A stretch of DNA of 64,000 nt from Nannocystis pusilla. GTDB lineage: Bacteria > Myxococcota_A > Polyangia > Nannocystales > Nannocystaceae. The DNA is taken from assembly GCF_049337375.1 (NCBI RefSeq), contig NZ_JBMPIV010000001.1, one strand, 5' to 3'. Under the pieces are notes generated by a model. That model searched no databases and was not told the DNA's origin. It saw only the letters and a list, made by a program, of their open reading frames with translations. The position numbers were made by a program, and so were the translations under genes. Below are positions 22,055-31,191 of the stretch, piece by piece; position 1 is the first letter of the stretch, and every line of letters begins with the position of its first letter.

Positions 22055-23476
22055 TCACGCGGAGACGACGACCAGGGTGAACATCTGCTCGGTGACGCCG
22101 CCGTGGCCGTCGTCGACGCTGAGGACCACGGGGTGCTCGCCGATGTCCTCGCTGGTGACCGACCACGACAGGACGTTGCTGACCGGGTCGAGGAGCATGT
22201 CGGGCGGGCCGGAGACGAGCGCGTAGGTGAGGGCGTCGCCGTCGGGGTCGGTGGCGACGAGCTGGTAGAACCACGCGACGGGCGGGTCGCCGGCGAGGAC
22301 GGTGCCGGAGATGGCGAGGCCGAACGGGCCGAACAGGCCGGGGTCGTTGGCCGAGGTCAGGGGCTGGCCGTCGGGCGCGAACTTGAAGATGTCGGCGGGC
22401 GCGGTGCCCTGGCCGTTCTCGTAGTCGGCGGTGTAGATGTTGCCCTCGTTGTCGACGCGCAGCGGCACGGGGAAGGCGTCGTTCGGCTGATCGAAGGTGC
22501 CGAGCTTCATGCCGGTGCCGACGTCGTAGCGCACGAGGTCGCCGGCGGCGGCGACGAGCTCGCCGTTGGCGTTGAACTGCAGGCCCTCGAAGTTGCCGGG
22601 GTTGCCGGCGCCGCTGAGGGTGGCGATCCAGGGGAACTGGGCGAAGTCGTCGAAGTCGGCGACGTGGATGGTGTTGTCGGTCTGGCTGGCGAGGTAGAGC
22701 CGACCCTGGCCGTCGAAGGTGATGCCGGTCAGCTGGCCCGCGCCGGCCGGCAGCGGGATCTGCTGCGCGAACGCGTAGTCCATCGCGTCGTACTGGTTGA
22801 GCTTGTCGGTGCCGCCGGTGGCGGTCGTGGTGTAGAGATTGCCGCGCGGGTCGAAGATGACGTTCTCGGTCGCCTCGCTGGCGATCTTGGGGTACACCGC
22901 GTATTCGACGCCGTAGTCGCTGAACTCGACGAAGCTGCTGTAACCGGCGACGACGAGGTTGCCGCGCGAATTGAAGGAGGCGCCGTTGGGGCCGTAGGTG
23001 TAGAGCGGCGAGTCGACCTCGCTGAACACCGGGTGCGTGAAGGCCTGGATGAACGCGAGGCTGTTGCCGTCGTAGACGCGGATCTCGTCGGTGCGCGAGG
23101 AGGCGAGGAAGATCTGGCCGGGGGCGAAGTTGCTCTTGAAGAGCTCCTCGATGACGATCTCGGTGCCGGGTTCGGACTCCCACGTCGGCGGTTGATTGAC
23201 GCCCGGGCCGGTGGTGGTGCTGGTGTCGGTGGCGACGTCGGTGGTGGACGTCGCGTCGCTGGTGCCGGTCATCGTCTCGCCGGCGGTGCCGGTCGGGGCG
23301 GTGGTGGTCGGCTCGTCGGTGGCGCCGCCGGTGGTGGTCGTCGTCGGGCTGGTGGTCGTGGTGGTCGCCTGCGTCGCCGAGCCGCCGTCGCTGGTGCGCC
23401 CACCGTCGTCGCCGCAGCCGCCGAGCACCACGCCGAACCACACGAACATGCCGATCTTTCGCGTCACCATCGCCAT
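22055..23476 (-). CDS. Secreted lipoprotein with a Thr-rich linker and a probable beta-propeller (NHL/SMP-30-like) repeat domain
   Basis: The start is MAMVTRKIGMFVWFGVVLGGCGDDG, preceded by GGAGGAGG; ATG at 23476. Repeated motifs such as GNLY.../GRLYLA... are present. Confidence 0.6.
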   Translation of the reverse strand: MAMVTRKIGMFVWFGVVLGGCGDDGGRTSDGGSATQATTTTTSPTTTTTGGATDEPTTTAPTGTAGETMTGTSDATSTTDVATDTSTTTGPGVNQPPTWESEPGTEIVIEELFKSNFAPGQIFLASSRTDEIRVYDGNSLAFIQAFTHPVFSEVDSPLYTYGPNGASFNSRGNLVVAGYSSFVEFSDYGVEYAVYPKIASEATENVIFDPRGNLYTTTATGGTDKLNQYDAMDYAFAQQIPLPAGAGQLTGITFDGQGRLYLASQTDNTIHVADFDDFAQFPWIATLSGAGNPGNFEGLQFNANGELVAAAGDLVRYDVGTGMKLGTFDQPNDAFPVPLRVDNEGNIYTADYENGQGTAPADIFKFAPDGQPLTSANDPGLFGPFGLAISGTVLAGDPPVAWFYQLVATDPDGDALTYALVSGPPDMLLDPVSNVLSWSVTSEDIGEHPVVLSVDDGHGGVTEQMFTLVVVSA

Positions 23477-23565
23477 CCTCCTCCGCGGTCGCGCAGGGTA
23501 CCGCATCGCGGCGGGCAGCGTCTGCGCAGCGGCTTGCGCGTCTGCAGGCGACGCCTGGGGAGCGC

Positions 23566-23949
23566 CTAGGACGCGGGCGGCGAGAGGTCGCCGAGCGGGG
23601 CGTTCACGAGCCACCTCTCGATGCAGGCGAGCAGCTCGACGAAGCTCTCGGTGGTGAAGCTGGCGAGCACGTGATCCCAGTCGGGGTCGAGCAGGTCGAC
23701 GCGGAAGGCGGTGCGGTAGAAGCCGGCGTCGAGGTGGAGCTCGCGCCACGGGCTGTCCGGCCCCGGGCGGTACTCGCCGCCGGGCGGGGGCAGCTTGACG
23801 AGCCACAGCAAGTCCTCGCTGTCGTTGAAGTCGAGGCTGCCGTCGGGCAGGCGACGGGCGTCCAGGCCGTTCTGTCGCACGGCCCATCCGCCGGGGATCC
23901 GCAGGGGGACGAGCTGCCAGTCGGGGCCGACGAGGTCGAGGACGTGCAT
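23566..23949 (-). CDS. Hypothetical small cytoplasmic protein (127 aa)
   Basis: Composition is coding-like with no signal peptide. It is divergent from the next small gene. Confidence 0.4.
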   Translation of the reverse strand: MHVLDLVGPDWQLVPLRIPGGWAVRQNGLDARRLPDGSLDFNDSEDLLWLVKLPPPGGEYRPGPDSPWRELHLDAGFYRTAFRVDLLDPDWDHVLASFTTESFVELLACIERWLVNAPLGDLSPPAS

Positions 23950-24053
23950 GGCGCCGAGAGTAGGGCAGGGAGCGCGGCAATTCGAGCCGCGCCAGCCGGT
24001 CGGCGCGGGGGTGCGCGCGGCGGGCGAATGGGCGACACTGCGTCGGAGCTCCG

Positions 24054-24404
24054 ATGACGCTCATCACGCACGCCTATGTGCGCACGGCCGACGGCGAGCT
24101 GCGGACGCTGGACGCGGCGCCGCCGCGCAACGACCTCGCGGGGCCGGAGAGCTGGCGGGTGAAGGTGTACGGCTCGGCCGCCGCGCGGGCGCTGGGGCTG
24201 ACGCTGCTGCCGACGCTGGCGACGTACGACATCCACGCCGAGGACGAGGACCTCGACGTGCTCGAGCGCGAGGTGCAGGTGCTGCTGGGCAACACGGTCC
24301 GCTGGCCGGAGATCGGGCTCGACCAGCTGCGCTTCCGCCTGCTCAACATCCTCGAGGCGGTCCGCCTGGCGCGCGCCGAGGGCGGCGGGGTGTACCTCGG
24401 CTGA
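24054..24404 (+). CDS. Hypothetical small protein (116 aa)
   Basis: Composition is coding-like. It is followed by the densest palindrome cluster. Confidence 0.4.
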   Translation: MTLITHAYVRTADGELRTLDAAPPRNDLAGPESWRVKVYGSAAARALGLTLLPTLATYDIHAEDEDLDVLEREVQVLLGNTVRWPEIGLDQLRFRLLNILEAVRLARAEGGGVYLG

Positions 24405-24550
24405 CCGAGGACGTGGATGGTCACCGGTCCAAGGACTGGAGCCGCTCCACTCAAGCGGCCCATCGGGTAGCCGTCGCCAATTCCGGTGTGAATTCCATGA
24501 AGCGCCCGCGCGAGGCCACGGACGAGCCGCGCGGGGTGGCGGCCAGCGCG

Positions 24551-24680
24551 GTGATTGAAACCCCGAGACATGTTTTAATGGACATGTCTTGATGGATATT
24601 AATCACCGAACACCTGCGACGCACGGCTCGAGGTCGTTCGGGGCATGTCCGAAGGGACAGTGTCCATTCGGACATGTAAT
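24551..24680. repeat. Dense cluster of at least 5 GGRCATGYCC-family palindromes within a locally AT-rich core, flanked by the inverted repeat GTGATT...AATCAC
   Basis: Read directly: gagacatgtttt, tggacatgtcttg, ggggcatgtccg, gggacagtgtcc, cggacatgtaat. gtgattgaaa (24551) pairs with ttaatcac (24600). Confidence 0.8.
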
Positions 24681-24681
24681 G

Positions 24682-26385
24682 TCATTGCGCGAGGAACCAC
24701 GGAGTGGCCACGGCGGAGCGGCACTGCCAGTTGAAGCTGCGCATGTGCGGGACCTCGCCGAGGTCGCCGAAGCCGGCGGCCAGGTCCTCGGCGGTCTGGC
24801 GCAGCTCGGGGTCGGCGGCGCCGTCGTGGTAGTAGGCCATGGCGACGACGTAGGCGCTCTCGCCCCAGTGCTCGTCGTAGTCGTCGACGGCGCCGTTGCC
24901 GTCGCCGACGCCCATCCAGTAGAAGGGCTTGCCGTCGGGGTCGAGGCCGTCGCGGGCGATGACGCGGCCGAGCTTGACGATCGAGGCGCGCGCGGCGTCG
25001 GCCTGGGCGCCGGGCGACTCGGTGGCGTACTGGTCGAGGCCGTCGGCCAGGATGGCGCTGAGCCACGGCGAGCAGCCCCAGAAGCCGAACTCCTCGTCGG
25101 CGGCGACGTCGGTGTGGGCGAAGCAGCGGGCGTCGGGATCGTCGTAGCCGGGCGGGTAGCTGGCCTGCACGTCGAGGTAGGCGGTGACCGCCGCGTCGGC
25201 GAGGTCGCGGAACTGCTGGGCCTGATCGTCGGAGACGTTCATCGCCCACACGTAGGCGAGCAGGCCGAAGCCGGCGTGGCGCTCGGTCCAGAAGCTGGCG
25301 CCGCCCTCGTAGACGGGGTCCCACAGGTCGGCGTAGGCCTCGGCGACGTCCTCGGCGCTCTCGCGGAAGCGGTCGTCGCCGGTCATGAGGTAATGCAGGG
25401 CCATGTTCTGCGTATAATAGTACTTGGCGTCGCCGGTCTTGCCGGGTACGCCGATGGCGGTGTCGGGGCCCTGACCGCTGAGGCCGTCGCGGTAGATGGT
25501 GGTCTCGAGGTAGGCGGAGCGCAGGGTCGAGAGGTCGCCGCGGCGGGCGTGGCCGCGCCAGTGGGTGGTGCCGCGATCGTACAGCCAGACGTCGGCGGAG
25601 TCGTTGGCGCCGAGGAAGGCCTCGACGTTCCATTCGTCGTAGTCGCACTTGTCGGACCAGGCCTGCCCGGGCGTGCCCTCGGCGGCGGCGGCGGTGCCGA
25701 GCGGACCGGCGAACCCGCTGGTCGTGAGCCACTCGGCCGGCAGCAAGGCCCACACGTTCGGGCCGGTGTCGACGAGGGTGTCGGCGACCGGGACGAGGTT
25801 GACCTCGCCGGCGGCAGGGGCGGCATTGAGGGCGACGTCGAGGTCGGTCTCGCCGTCGATCGCCAGGTCGAGCTGGATCTGGACGCTACGCCAGCTGCCG
25901 TCGGGGTGGCGCGCGAGGCCGCGGAGCGCGGTGGCCAGCTCGGTGCCGGCGTGGTGGACCTGGACCTGGGTGTCGTCGGTGAGGACGCCGGGCGCCAGGG
26001 GGACCGCGAAGTTGATCCGCTGCTCGCCGGTGACGCCCTCTTGTGGGATCAGGTGGACGACGACGTTGACGGTCTGGCCGCCGGTGGTGGTGTCGCCGGT
26101 CTCGGTCTCGTCGGTGGTGGTGGTGCCGTCCGTCGTGGTGACAGGCCCGTCGGTAGGATCCGGGGTCGGGCCGTCGGTGGCGTCCGGAGGCTCGCTCGTG
26201 GTCGAGGAGGTCGGCGCTGGATCGTCGGTGGCGACCCCGGTGGGCGCCCCGGTGGTCGGGCCCGAATCGGTGGTCGGGTCGGTGCCGGCGGCCGTGTCGG
26301 TGGTGTCGCCGGAATCGCCGGGACAGGCCGCACAGAGGCACGCGGCGGCGAGTATCCCCATTGATGGCAGTCGAATCACTGGCAT
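24682..26385 (-). CDS. Hypothetical secreted lipoprotein with a Thr/Pro-rich linker and a large globular domain, possibly polysaccharide-active
   Basis: MPVIRLPSMGILAAACLCAACPGD is a signal peptide. The protein is 567 aa, with a roughly 100-aa T/P/D-rich linker. Confidence 0.55.
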   Translation of the reverse strand: MPVIRLPSMGILAAACLCAACPGDSGDTTDTAAGTDPTTDSGPTTGAPTGVATDDPAPTSSTTSEPPDATDGPTPDPTDGPVTTTDGTTTTDETETGDTTTGGQTVNVVVHLIPQEGVTGEQRINFAVPLAPGVLTDDTQVQVHHAGTELATALRGLARHPDGSWRSVQIQLDLAIDGETDLDVALNAAPAAGEVNLVPVADTLVDTGPNVWALLPAEWLTTSGFAGPLGTAAAAEGTPGQAWSDKCDYDEWNVEAFLGANDSADVWLYDRGTTHWRGHARRGDLSTLRSAYLETTIYRDGLSGQGPDTAIGVPGKTGDAKYYYTQNMALHYLMTGDDRFRESAEDVAEAYADLWDPVYEGGASFWTERHAGFGLLAYVWAMNVSDDQAQQFRDLADAAVTAYLDVQASYPPGYDDPDARCFAHTDVAADEEFGFWGCSPWLSAILADGLDQYATESPGAQADAARASIVKLGRVIARDGLDPDGKPFYWMGVGDGNGAVDDYDEHWGESAYVVAMAYYHDGAADPELRQTAEDLAAGFGDLGEVPHMRSFNWQCRSAVATPWFLAQ

Positions 26386-26717
26386 GATTTAATCTCCGCG
26401 CGGGCACCGTAGCCGATCACGCGGCGAGGCGCGCGGGGCCATAAGCCCCCGGCGCGGATGTGCGCGGCGCCTGCGTGCGCGGACGATCGCCGCGGCGAAT
26501 CACAGCGGATGGCCGGGCTGAGGGCGGGGATGTGGACCACGAGGGTGCGCGGGGCCGAGGCGCGCGCTGGCGAAGCCGGGAGCCGTCGTCGGCAGCACGC
26601 GGGCGGTCGGCGCCGGAACTCGCCGAGGTCGTCCTCGACGGGGGAGCGAGCGGCGGCATCGGTCTTGGATGCCGTTTCCCGGGCGGTGGCTCGGGCGAGC
26701 GGACTGGGAGGCGCGCG

Positions 26718-27224
26718 CTAATCGATCGTGTACGCGGTGCAATACGAGGAGTACAGCGCGCTCTCGCCCGACAGCGGCACGAAGGTGACCGTATTCGGCG
26801 CCATCCACGCCGACAGGCCATTGCGCGGCGCGTACCCGCCGGTGTGATACACCGTCCACGCCACGCGCGCCGTGACGGACGGGGGCCAATTGTACACGCT
26901 GCAGCCCTCCGCGCTCATCGTCGACAGGCGGACGCGCGGCTGGAACAGGATCTGCCAGTCGATCGAGCAGCACACCGATTGAGGCGGATAGAGCGACGGT
27001 TCGTCGGCCGCGGCGAGAGCGAGCTCGTCGCGGGCCGCCCCCGCGGGCACGTCCTCGGCGTCTTCGGCGAGCTCGGCGTCGTCGGCGAGCTCGCCGTCCT
27101 CGGCCGCGAGCTCGGCCTCCAGCGCGGGGTCGTCACACCCGGCGATCGCCACGGCGAACAGCCCGGCGAGCGTGGAAGCCCGGGCACGCCGAGCAGATCC
27201 GATGAGAAGTACATGTCGTTGCAT
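26718..27224 (-). CDS. Small hypothetical lipoprotein
   Basis: The start is MQRHVLLIGSARRARASTLAGLFAVAIAGCDDP, preceded by GGAG; ATG at 27224. Confidence 0.45.
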   Translation of the reverse strand: MQRHVLLIGSARRARASTLAGLFAVAIAGCDDPALEAELAAEDGELADDAELAEDAEDVPAGAARDELALAAADEPSLYPPQSVCCSIDWQILFQPRVRLSTMSAEGCSVYNWPPSVTARVAWTVYHTGGYAPRNGLSAWMAPNTVTFVPLSGESALYSSYCTAYTID

Positions 27225-27527
27225 GGGTAAACTCCTGAGATCGATGAGTGCAGGGCGCCTGGACCGGCGACACGCGCCGACCCCATGATGACGAGCGCCT
27301 TTGTTCGGTAGGTGCTCGGCCGGCGCCAAACAATTGCCGGGGAAGCACATTTCCGCCGTTGCGCCGCAGGTCGAGCGGACCTGCGGCAACCGTGCTGACG
27401 CTTCAGGGCCCCAACGTTCGCGCGACCGGCCTCGTTCCATTCACGCGCGCGGGCCAGCAGCAGCTCCGACAGCACGCGCACGCGCGGCGAGTGGTCGGGT
27501 CCGCGGAGCCGGTCTATGGTGACGCGC

Positions 27528-28160
27528 ATGAAGCTCCACGGATTTTGGCGCAGCACGGCGACCTGGCGGGTGCGGATCGCCCTGGCGTACAAAGGCCTGA
27601 CCTACGAATACGTGGCGGTCGACCTGCTGACCGGTGCGGGGGCGCAGCACTCGCCCGAGCACCGCCGGCTCAACCCGATGGCGCAGGTGCCGGTGCTCGA
27701 GGTCGAAGAGGGGCTGTACCTCACGCAGTCGATCGCGATCCTGGAATACCTCGAGGAGCGCTGGCCGACGCCGCCGCTGCTGCCGCGCGATCCGCTGGCG
27801 CGCGCGCGGGTGCGGCAATTGACGGAGGTGATCAACGCGGGGATCCAGCCGCTGCAGAACACGGGGGTGCAGCGGCACGTGGAGTCGCTCGGGGCCGATG
27901 CGAGGGCGTGGATCCACCGGTTCGTCGGCCCGGGGCTGGCGGCGCTCGAGGCGATGACGCGGCCCCTGGCCGGGCGGTTCAGCGTGGGCGACGCGCTGTC
28001 GTTCGCCGATCTGACGCTGGTGCCCCAGATGGCGTTCGCCCGCCGGTTCGGCGTCGACGTGACGGGGCTGCCGACGCTGCTGCGCGTCGAGGCCAACTGC
28101 GTCGAGCTCGAGTTTTTTAAGAAGAGCCACGCGGATCTGCAGCCGGACGCGCCGCGGTAG
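27528..28160 (+). CDS. maiA: Maleylacetoacetate isomerase / zeta-class glutathione S-transferase
   Basis: MKLHGFWRSTATWRVRIALAYKG matches the zeta GST signature (SSCSWRVRIAL). It has GST N- and C-terminal domains. 27516 is an alternative start. Confidence 0.7.
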   Translation: MKLHGFWRSTATWRVRIALAYKGLTYEYVAVDLLTGAGAQHSPEHRRLNPMAQVPVLEVEEGLYLTQSIAILEYLEERWPTPPLLPRDPLARARVRQLTEVINAGIQPLQNTGVQRHVESLGADARAWIHRFVGPGLAALEAMTRPLAGRFSVGDALSFADLTLVPQMAFARRFGVDVTGLPTLLRVEANCVELEFFKKSHADLQPDAPR

Positions 28161-28163
28161 ATC

Positions 28164-28232
28164 GGGATATGTTCTTGGGGGCATGTCCGTGGTGACATGT
28201 TCATTCGGGCATGTCTATAGGGTCATGTCTGG
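28164..28232. repeat. GGRCATGYCC-family repeat cluster, 5 copies in about 70 bp
   Basis: Read directly: gggatatgttctt, ggggcatgtccg, gtgacatgttcat, gggcatgtctat, gggtcatgtctgg. The cluster sits between the convergent maiA and TetR genes. Confidence 0.8.
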
Positions 28233-28996
28233 GCGCGGCGGGCGACGAGGGCGGCGATGCCGTCGAGGACGACGCCGAGGCCGAACTCGAGGCCGTCGCC
28301 GTCGCCGGGGCCGGGGCCGGCGCTCAGGACCTCCTGCAGGGCGGGGAAGCGGGCCGGGTCGCGGGCGACGAGGGTCGCGGTGGCGGCGGCCCACTGCGGG
28401 CCGGACAGGCTGCGAGCGCGGTCGCTGCGGACGCTGAACTGGGCGGCGCTGCGGACGTGGCCGAGGACGACGAGGAAGGCGCGGTGGCGTTCGGCGGGGG
28501 GCAGGCCGGTGTCGGCGAGGGCGCCGAGGGCGGCGTCGGCCCACGCGAGCTCGAGCGGGCCCATGACGCGCAGGCGGTTGGTGGCGGCGAGCGACCAGGG
28601 GTGGCGGTGAAACACGGCCCACAGCGCGCGGGCCCAGGCGGCCAGGCGCTCGCGCCAGCCGGGCAGGGCGGCGAGGTCCGGCGGGGGGCCGATGCCGGTG
28701 TCGACCATGAGGTCGACGAGCTCGTCCTTGCCCGGGACGTGGCGGTACAGCGCCATGGTGGTGAAGCCGAGCTCCGAGGCGACGCGCTGCATCGAGACCG
28801 CGTCGAGGCCCTCGGCGTCGGCGACCGCGATGGCGGCGCGAGCGATGCTCTCGGCGCTGAGGCCCGGCCGCGGGCCCCGGGTCGGGCGCAGGCGCTCGCC
28901 CCACAGGAGGTCGACGCTGCGCGCCTGCTCGCCGAACGGCTCGGGCAGGCGGCGGGGGCGAGGAGCGGGCTTGCGGGCGGGCTTGTTGACGGACAC
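28223..28996 (-). CDS. TetR/AcrR family transcriptional regulator
   Basis: The HTH sequence AVSMQRVASELGFTTMALYRHVPGKDEL is present. The gene is divergent from the hydrolase gene. The start is uncertain, GTG at about 28996 versus ATG at 29041. Confidence 0.7.
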   Translation of the reverse strand: MSVNKPARKPAPRPRRLPEPFGEQARSVDLLWGERLRPTRGPRPGLSAESIARAAIAVADAEGLDAVSMQRVASELGFTTMALYRHVPGKDELVDLMVDTGIGPPPDLAALPGWRERLAAWARALWAVFHRHPWSLAATNRLRVMGPLELAWADAALGALADTGLPPAERHRAFLVVLGHVRSAAQFSVRSDRARSLSGPQWAAATATLVARDPARFPALQEVLSAGPGPGDGDGLEFGLGVVLDGIAALVARRAQT

Positions 28997-29058
28997 GAGC
29001 GGACTGTGTATAGCATACACAAAATTGTGTACGTGATACACAATGAAGGAGAGGCGCG
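28997..29058. promoter_or_regulatory. Divergent promoter with two perfect palindromic operator-like sites, likely TetR binding
   Basis: Read directly: GTGTATagcATACAC and TTGTGTAcgtgaTACACAA, in an AT-rich stretch directly upstream of the RBS GAAGGAGAGG of the hydrolase. Confidence 0.55.
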
Positions 29059-30141
29059 ATGATCGGGAGCATCTTGGCGGGCGCGGCGGGGGTGACCGCG
29101 GCGTCGCTGGTCGCGGGGCTGGGCTGGCGGCGACGGGCGCAGCGGCGGGCGGCGGCGGGGCTGGCGATCGCCGGGCCCGGGGGGATCGTCGAGGAGGGGT
29201 TCGTGCGGATCGGGTCCATCGACCAGTGGATCGGGATCCGCGGCGAGGACCGCACGAACCCCGCGCTGCTGGTGCTGCACGGCGGGCCGGGGGCGCCGTT
29301 CTCGATGTTCACGCCGGTGATGCGGGCGTGGGAGCGCGAGTTCACGATCGTGCAGTGGGACCAGCCGGGGGCCGGCAAGACGTTCGGGCGCAACGGGGCG
29401 GGGGGCTGCGCTCCGCTGAGCTTCGCGCGGTTGATCGAGGACGCGGCCCGGGTGGCGGAGCACGTGCGCGCGCGTCTGCAGGTGCCGCAGGTGCTGTTGG
29501 CAGGCTCGATGGGCAACATGATCGGGGCGCCGCTGGCCCGGCGCCGGCCCGACCTGTTCGCGGCCTACGTGGCGACCGACTTCGGGGTCGGGCGGGACAA
29601 CGAGGTCCGCTCGTACGCGCAGACGCTGGCGCGCCTGCGCGAGGCGGGGAACCGTCGCGGGGGGGCGGAGCTGGAGGCGATCGGGGCCGAGCCGTGGCGC
29701 TGGGACCTGCGAGCGTGGCAGCGCAAGCAGCGATGGCTGCTGAAGACGGACCCGCGCATGCGCGAGGTCGGGCGGACGCTGCTGATGCCGTCGATCTTGA
29801 CGGCGCCGGGCTACACGCTGCGCGACGTGATCGATCTGCAGCGCGGGATGACATTCTCGGCGGCGCAGCTGTACGCCGAGTTCATCCGCTACGACGTGCG
29901 ACGCGAGGGGACGCGCTTCGAACTGCCGTTCTTCCTGCTGCAGGGCGAGGACGACGTGTTCACGCAGATCGAGCCGGCGCAGGCGTTCTTCGCCGAGGTG
30001 GAGGCGCCGCACAAGGATCTTGCGATCATCCGCGACGCGGGGCACTTCGCGGCGTTCACCCGGCCGCAGGAATTTTTGAAGGAGCTGCGGGCGCGGGTGC
30101 TGCCGCGGGTGGTGCCGGCGGCGAATCAGCGGCGCGCCTGA
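29059..30141 (+). CDS. Alpha/beta hydrolase (proline iminopeptidase / epoxide hydrolase-like)
   Basis: LHGGPGA, the nucleophile motif GSMGN, and a C-terminal Asp/His. Probably TetR-controlled. Confidence 0.7.
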   Translation: MIGSILAGAAGVTAASLVAGLGWRRRAQRRAAAGLAIAGPGGIVEEGFVRIGSIDQWIGIRGEDRTNPALLVLHGGPGAPFSMFTPVMRAWEREFTIVQWDQPGAGKTFGRNGAGGCAPLSFARLIEDAARVAEHVRARLQVPQVLLAGSMGNMIGAPLARRRPDLFAAYVATDFGVGRDNEVRSYAQTLARLREAGNRRGGAELEAIGAEPWRWDLRAWQRKQRWLLKTDPRMREVGRTLLMPSILTAPGYTLRDVIDLQRGMTFSAAQLYAEFIRYDVRREGTRFELPFFLLQGEDDVFTQIEPAQAFFAEVEAPHKDLAIIRDAGHFAAFTRPQEFLKELRARVLPRVVPAANQRRA

Positions 30142-30400
30142 ATGGCGTCAGGGGGCACGAGGATGCGGCCGCGCTGCTGGACGGCGAGCTGCTGGCGACG
30201 CGGGAGGAATGGCGTCAGGGGCACGAGGATGCGGCCGCGCTGCTGGACGGCGGGCTGCCGGCGACGCGGGAGGATGGCGTCAGGGGCACGAGGATGCGGC
30301 CGCGCTGCTGCTGGACGGCGGGCTGCCGGCGACGCGGGAGGAATGGCGTCAGCGGGCCGGGCCGCGCACAAGGACGCGGCCGCGCGGGGGCTCGGCGCCG
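30142..30400. repeat. GC-rich tandem minisatellite, about 3.5 copies of a roughly 63-66 bp unit
   Basis: Read directly: ATGGCGTCAGGGGCACGAGGATGCGGCCGCGCTGCTGGACGGCGGGCTGCCGGCGACGCGGGAGGA is repeated head-to-tail. The last partial copy overlaps the 3' end of nei. Confidence 0.75.
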
Positions 30401-31188
30401 GCTCCTACTTGCTGGCAGCGCGGGCAATAATAGGTGGTGCGGCCGAGGGTGCCCTGGCGGCGCATGGCGATCGGGGTGCTGCAGCGCGGGCACAGCTCGC
30501 CGGAGCGGTTGTAGACCCAGGTGTCGGCGCGGCCGACGTCCCACCGGGTCTTGCGCGGGCCGGCGCCGACGAGGTTGCGGCGCAGCCACTTGCGGCCGGC
30601 TGCGAGCAATCGCAGGAGCGTCGAATCGTCGTAGTCGCCGACCGGCTTGAACGGGTCGAGGCGCTCCATGAAGAGCAGCTCGCTCTTGTAGACGTTGCCG
30701 AGGCCGGCGACGAGGCGCTGATCGAGGATGGCCTCGCCGAGCGGCCGCCGCGGGTCGACGCGCAGGCGCTTCAGGGCCTCGGCGATGGGCTGGTCCGATT
30801 CGTCGGGGCCGAGCAGGTCGGGGCCGAGGGCGGAGAGGACGGGGTGATGCTCGATCTCCCAGGCGCTGAGCCACTCGACGGTGGGGGCGTAAAAGCAGAC
30901 CGCGAGCCACGATTCGGTGGCGATCACCGCGCGGGCGGCGGTGGCGGGTTTGCGCCACGCGCTGTTCGGCTGATACAGGTGCCAGCTGCCCTCCATGCGC
31001 AAATGGGTGTAGAGCGCGTGGGTGCCGTCGAACCAGATCAGGAGGTTCTTGCCGCGGGCCTCGACCGCGGTGATCGTGCGACCGACGAGGACGAGCTCGG
31101 GGATCACCGATTCGAACCGGGTGACGGCCTGGCCGACCATCACCTGCAGGCGGGCGGCGACTTTGTGGAGGGTGTCGCCCTCGGGCAT
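30349..31188 (-). CDS. nei: Fpg/Nei family DNA glycosylase (endonuclease VIII-like, Nei2-type)
   Basis: The N-terminus is MPEGDT (catalytic Pro2/Glu3). The C-terminal zinc finger is CPRC...CPRC. It is immediately downstream of lhr. Confidence 0.85.
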   Translation of the reverse strand: MPEGDTLHKVAARLQVMVGQAVTRFESVIPELVLVGRTITAVEARGKNLLIWFDGTHALYTHLRMEGSWHLYQPNSAWRKPATAARAVIATESWLAVCFYAPTVEWLSAWEIEHHPVLSALGPDLLGPDESDQPIAEALKRLRVDPRRPLGEAILDQRLVAGLGNVYKSELLFMERLDPFKPVGDYDDSTLLRLLAAGRKWLRRNLVGAGPRKTRWDVGRADTWVYNRSGELCPRCSTPIAMRRQGTLGRTTYYCPRCQQVGAGAEPPRGRVLVRGPAR

Positions 31189-31191
31189 GGA

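Noticed and set aside
30142-30400. CRISPR array hypothesis for the two tandem repeat regions (30142-30400 and 47862-48190)
   Set aside because: Units abut directly with no unique spacers and no cas genes. They are minisatellites.
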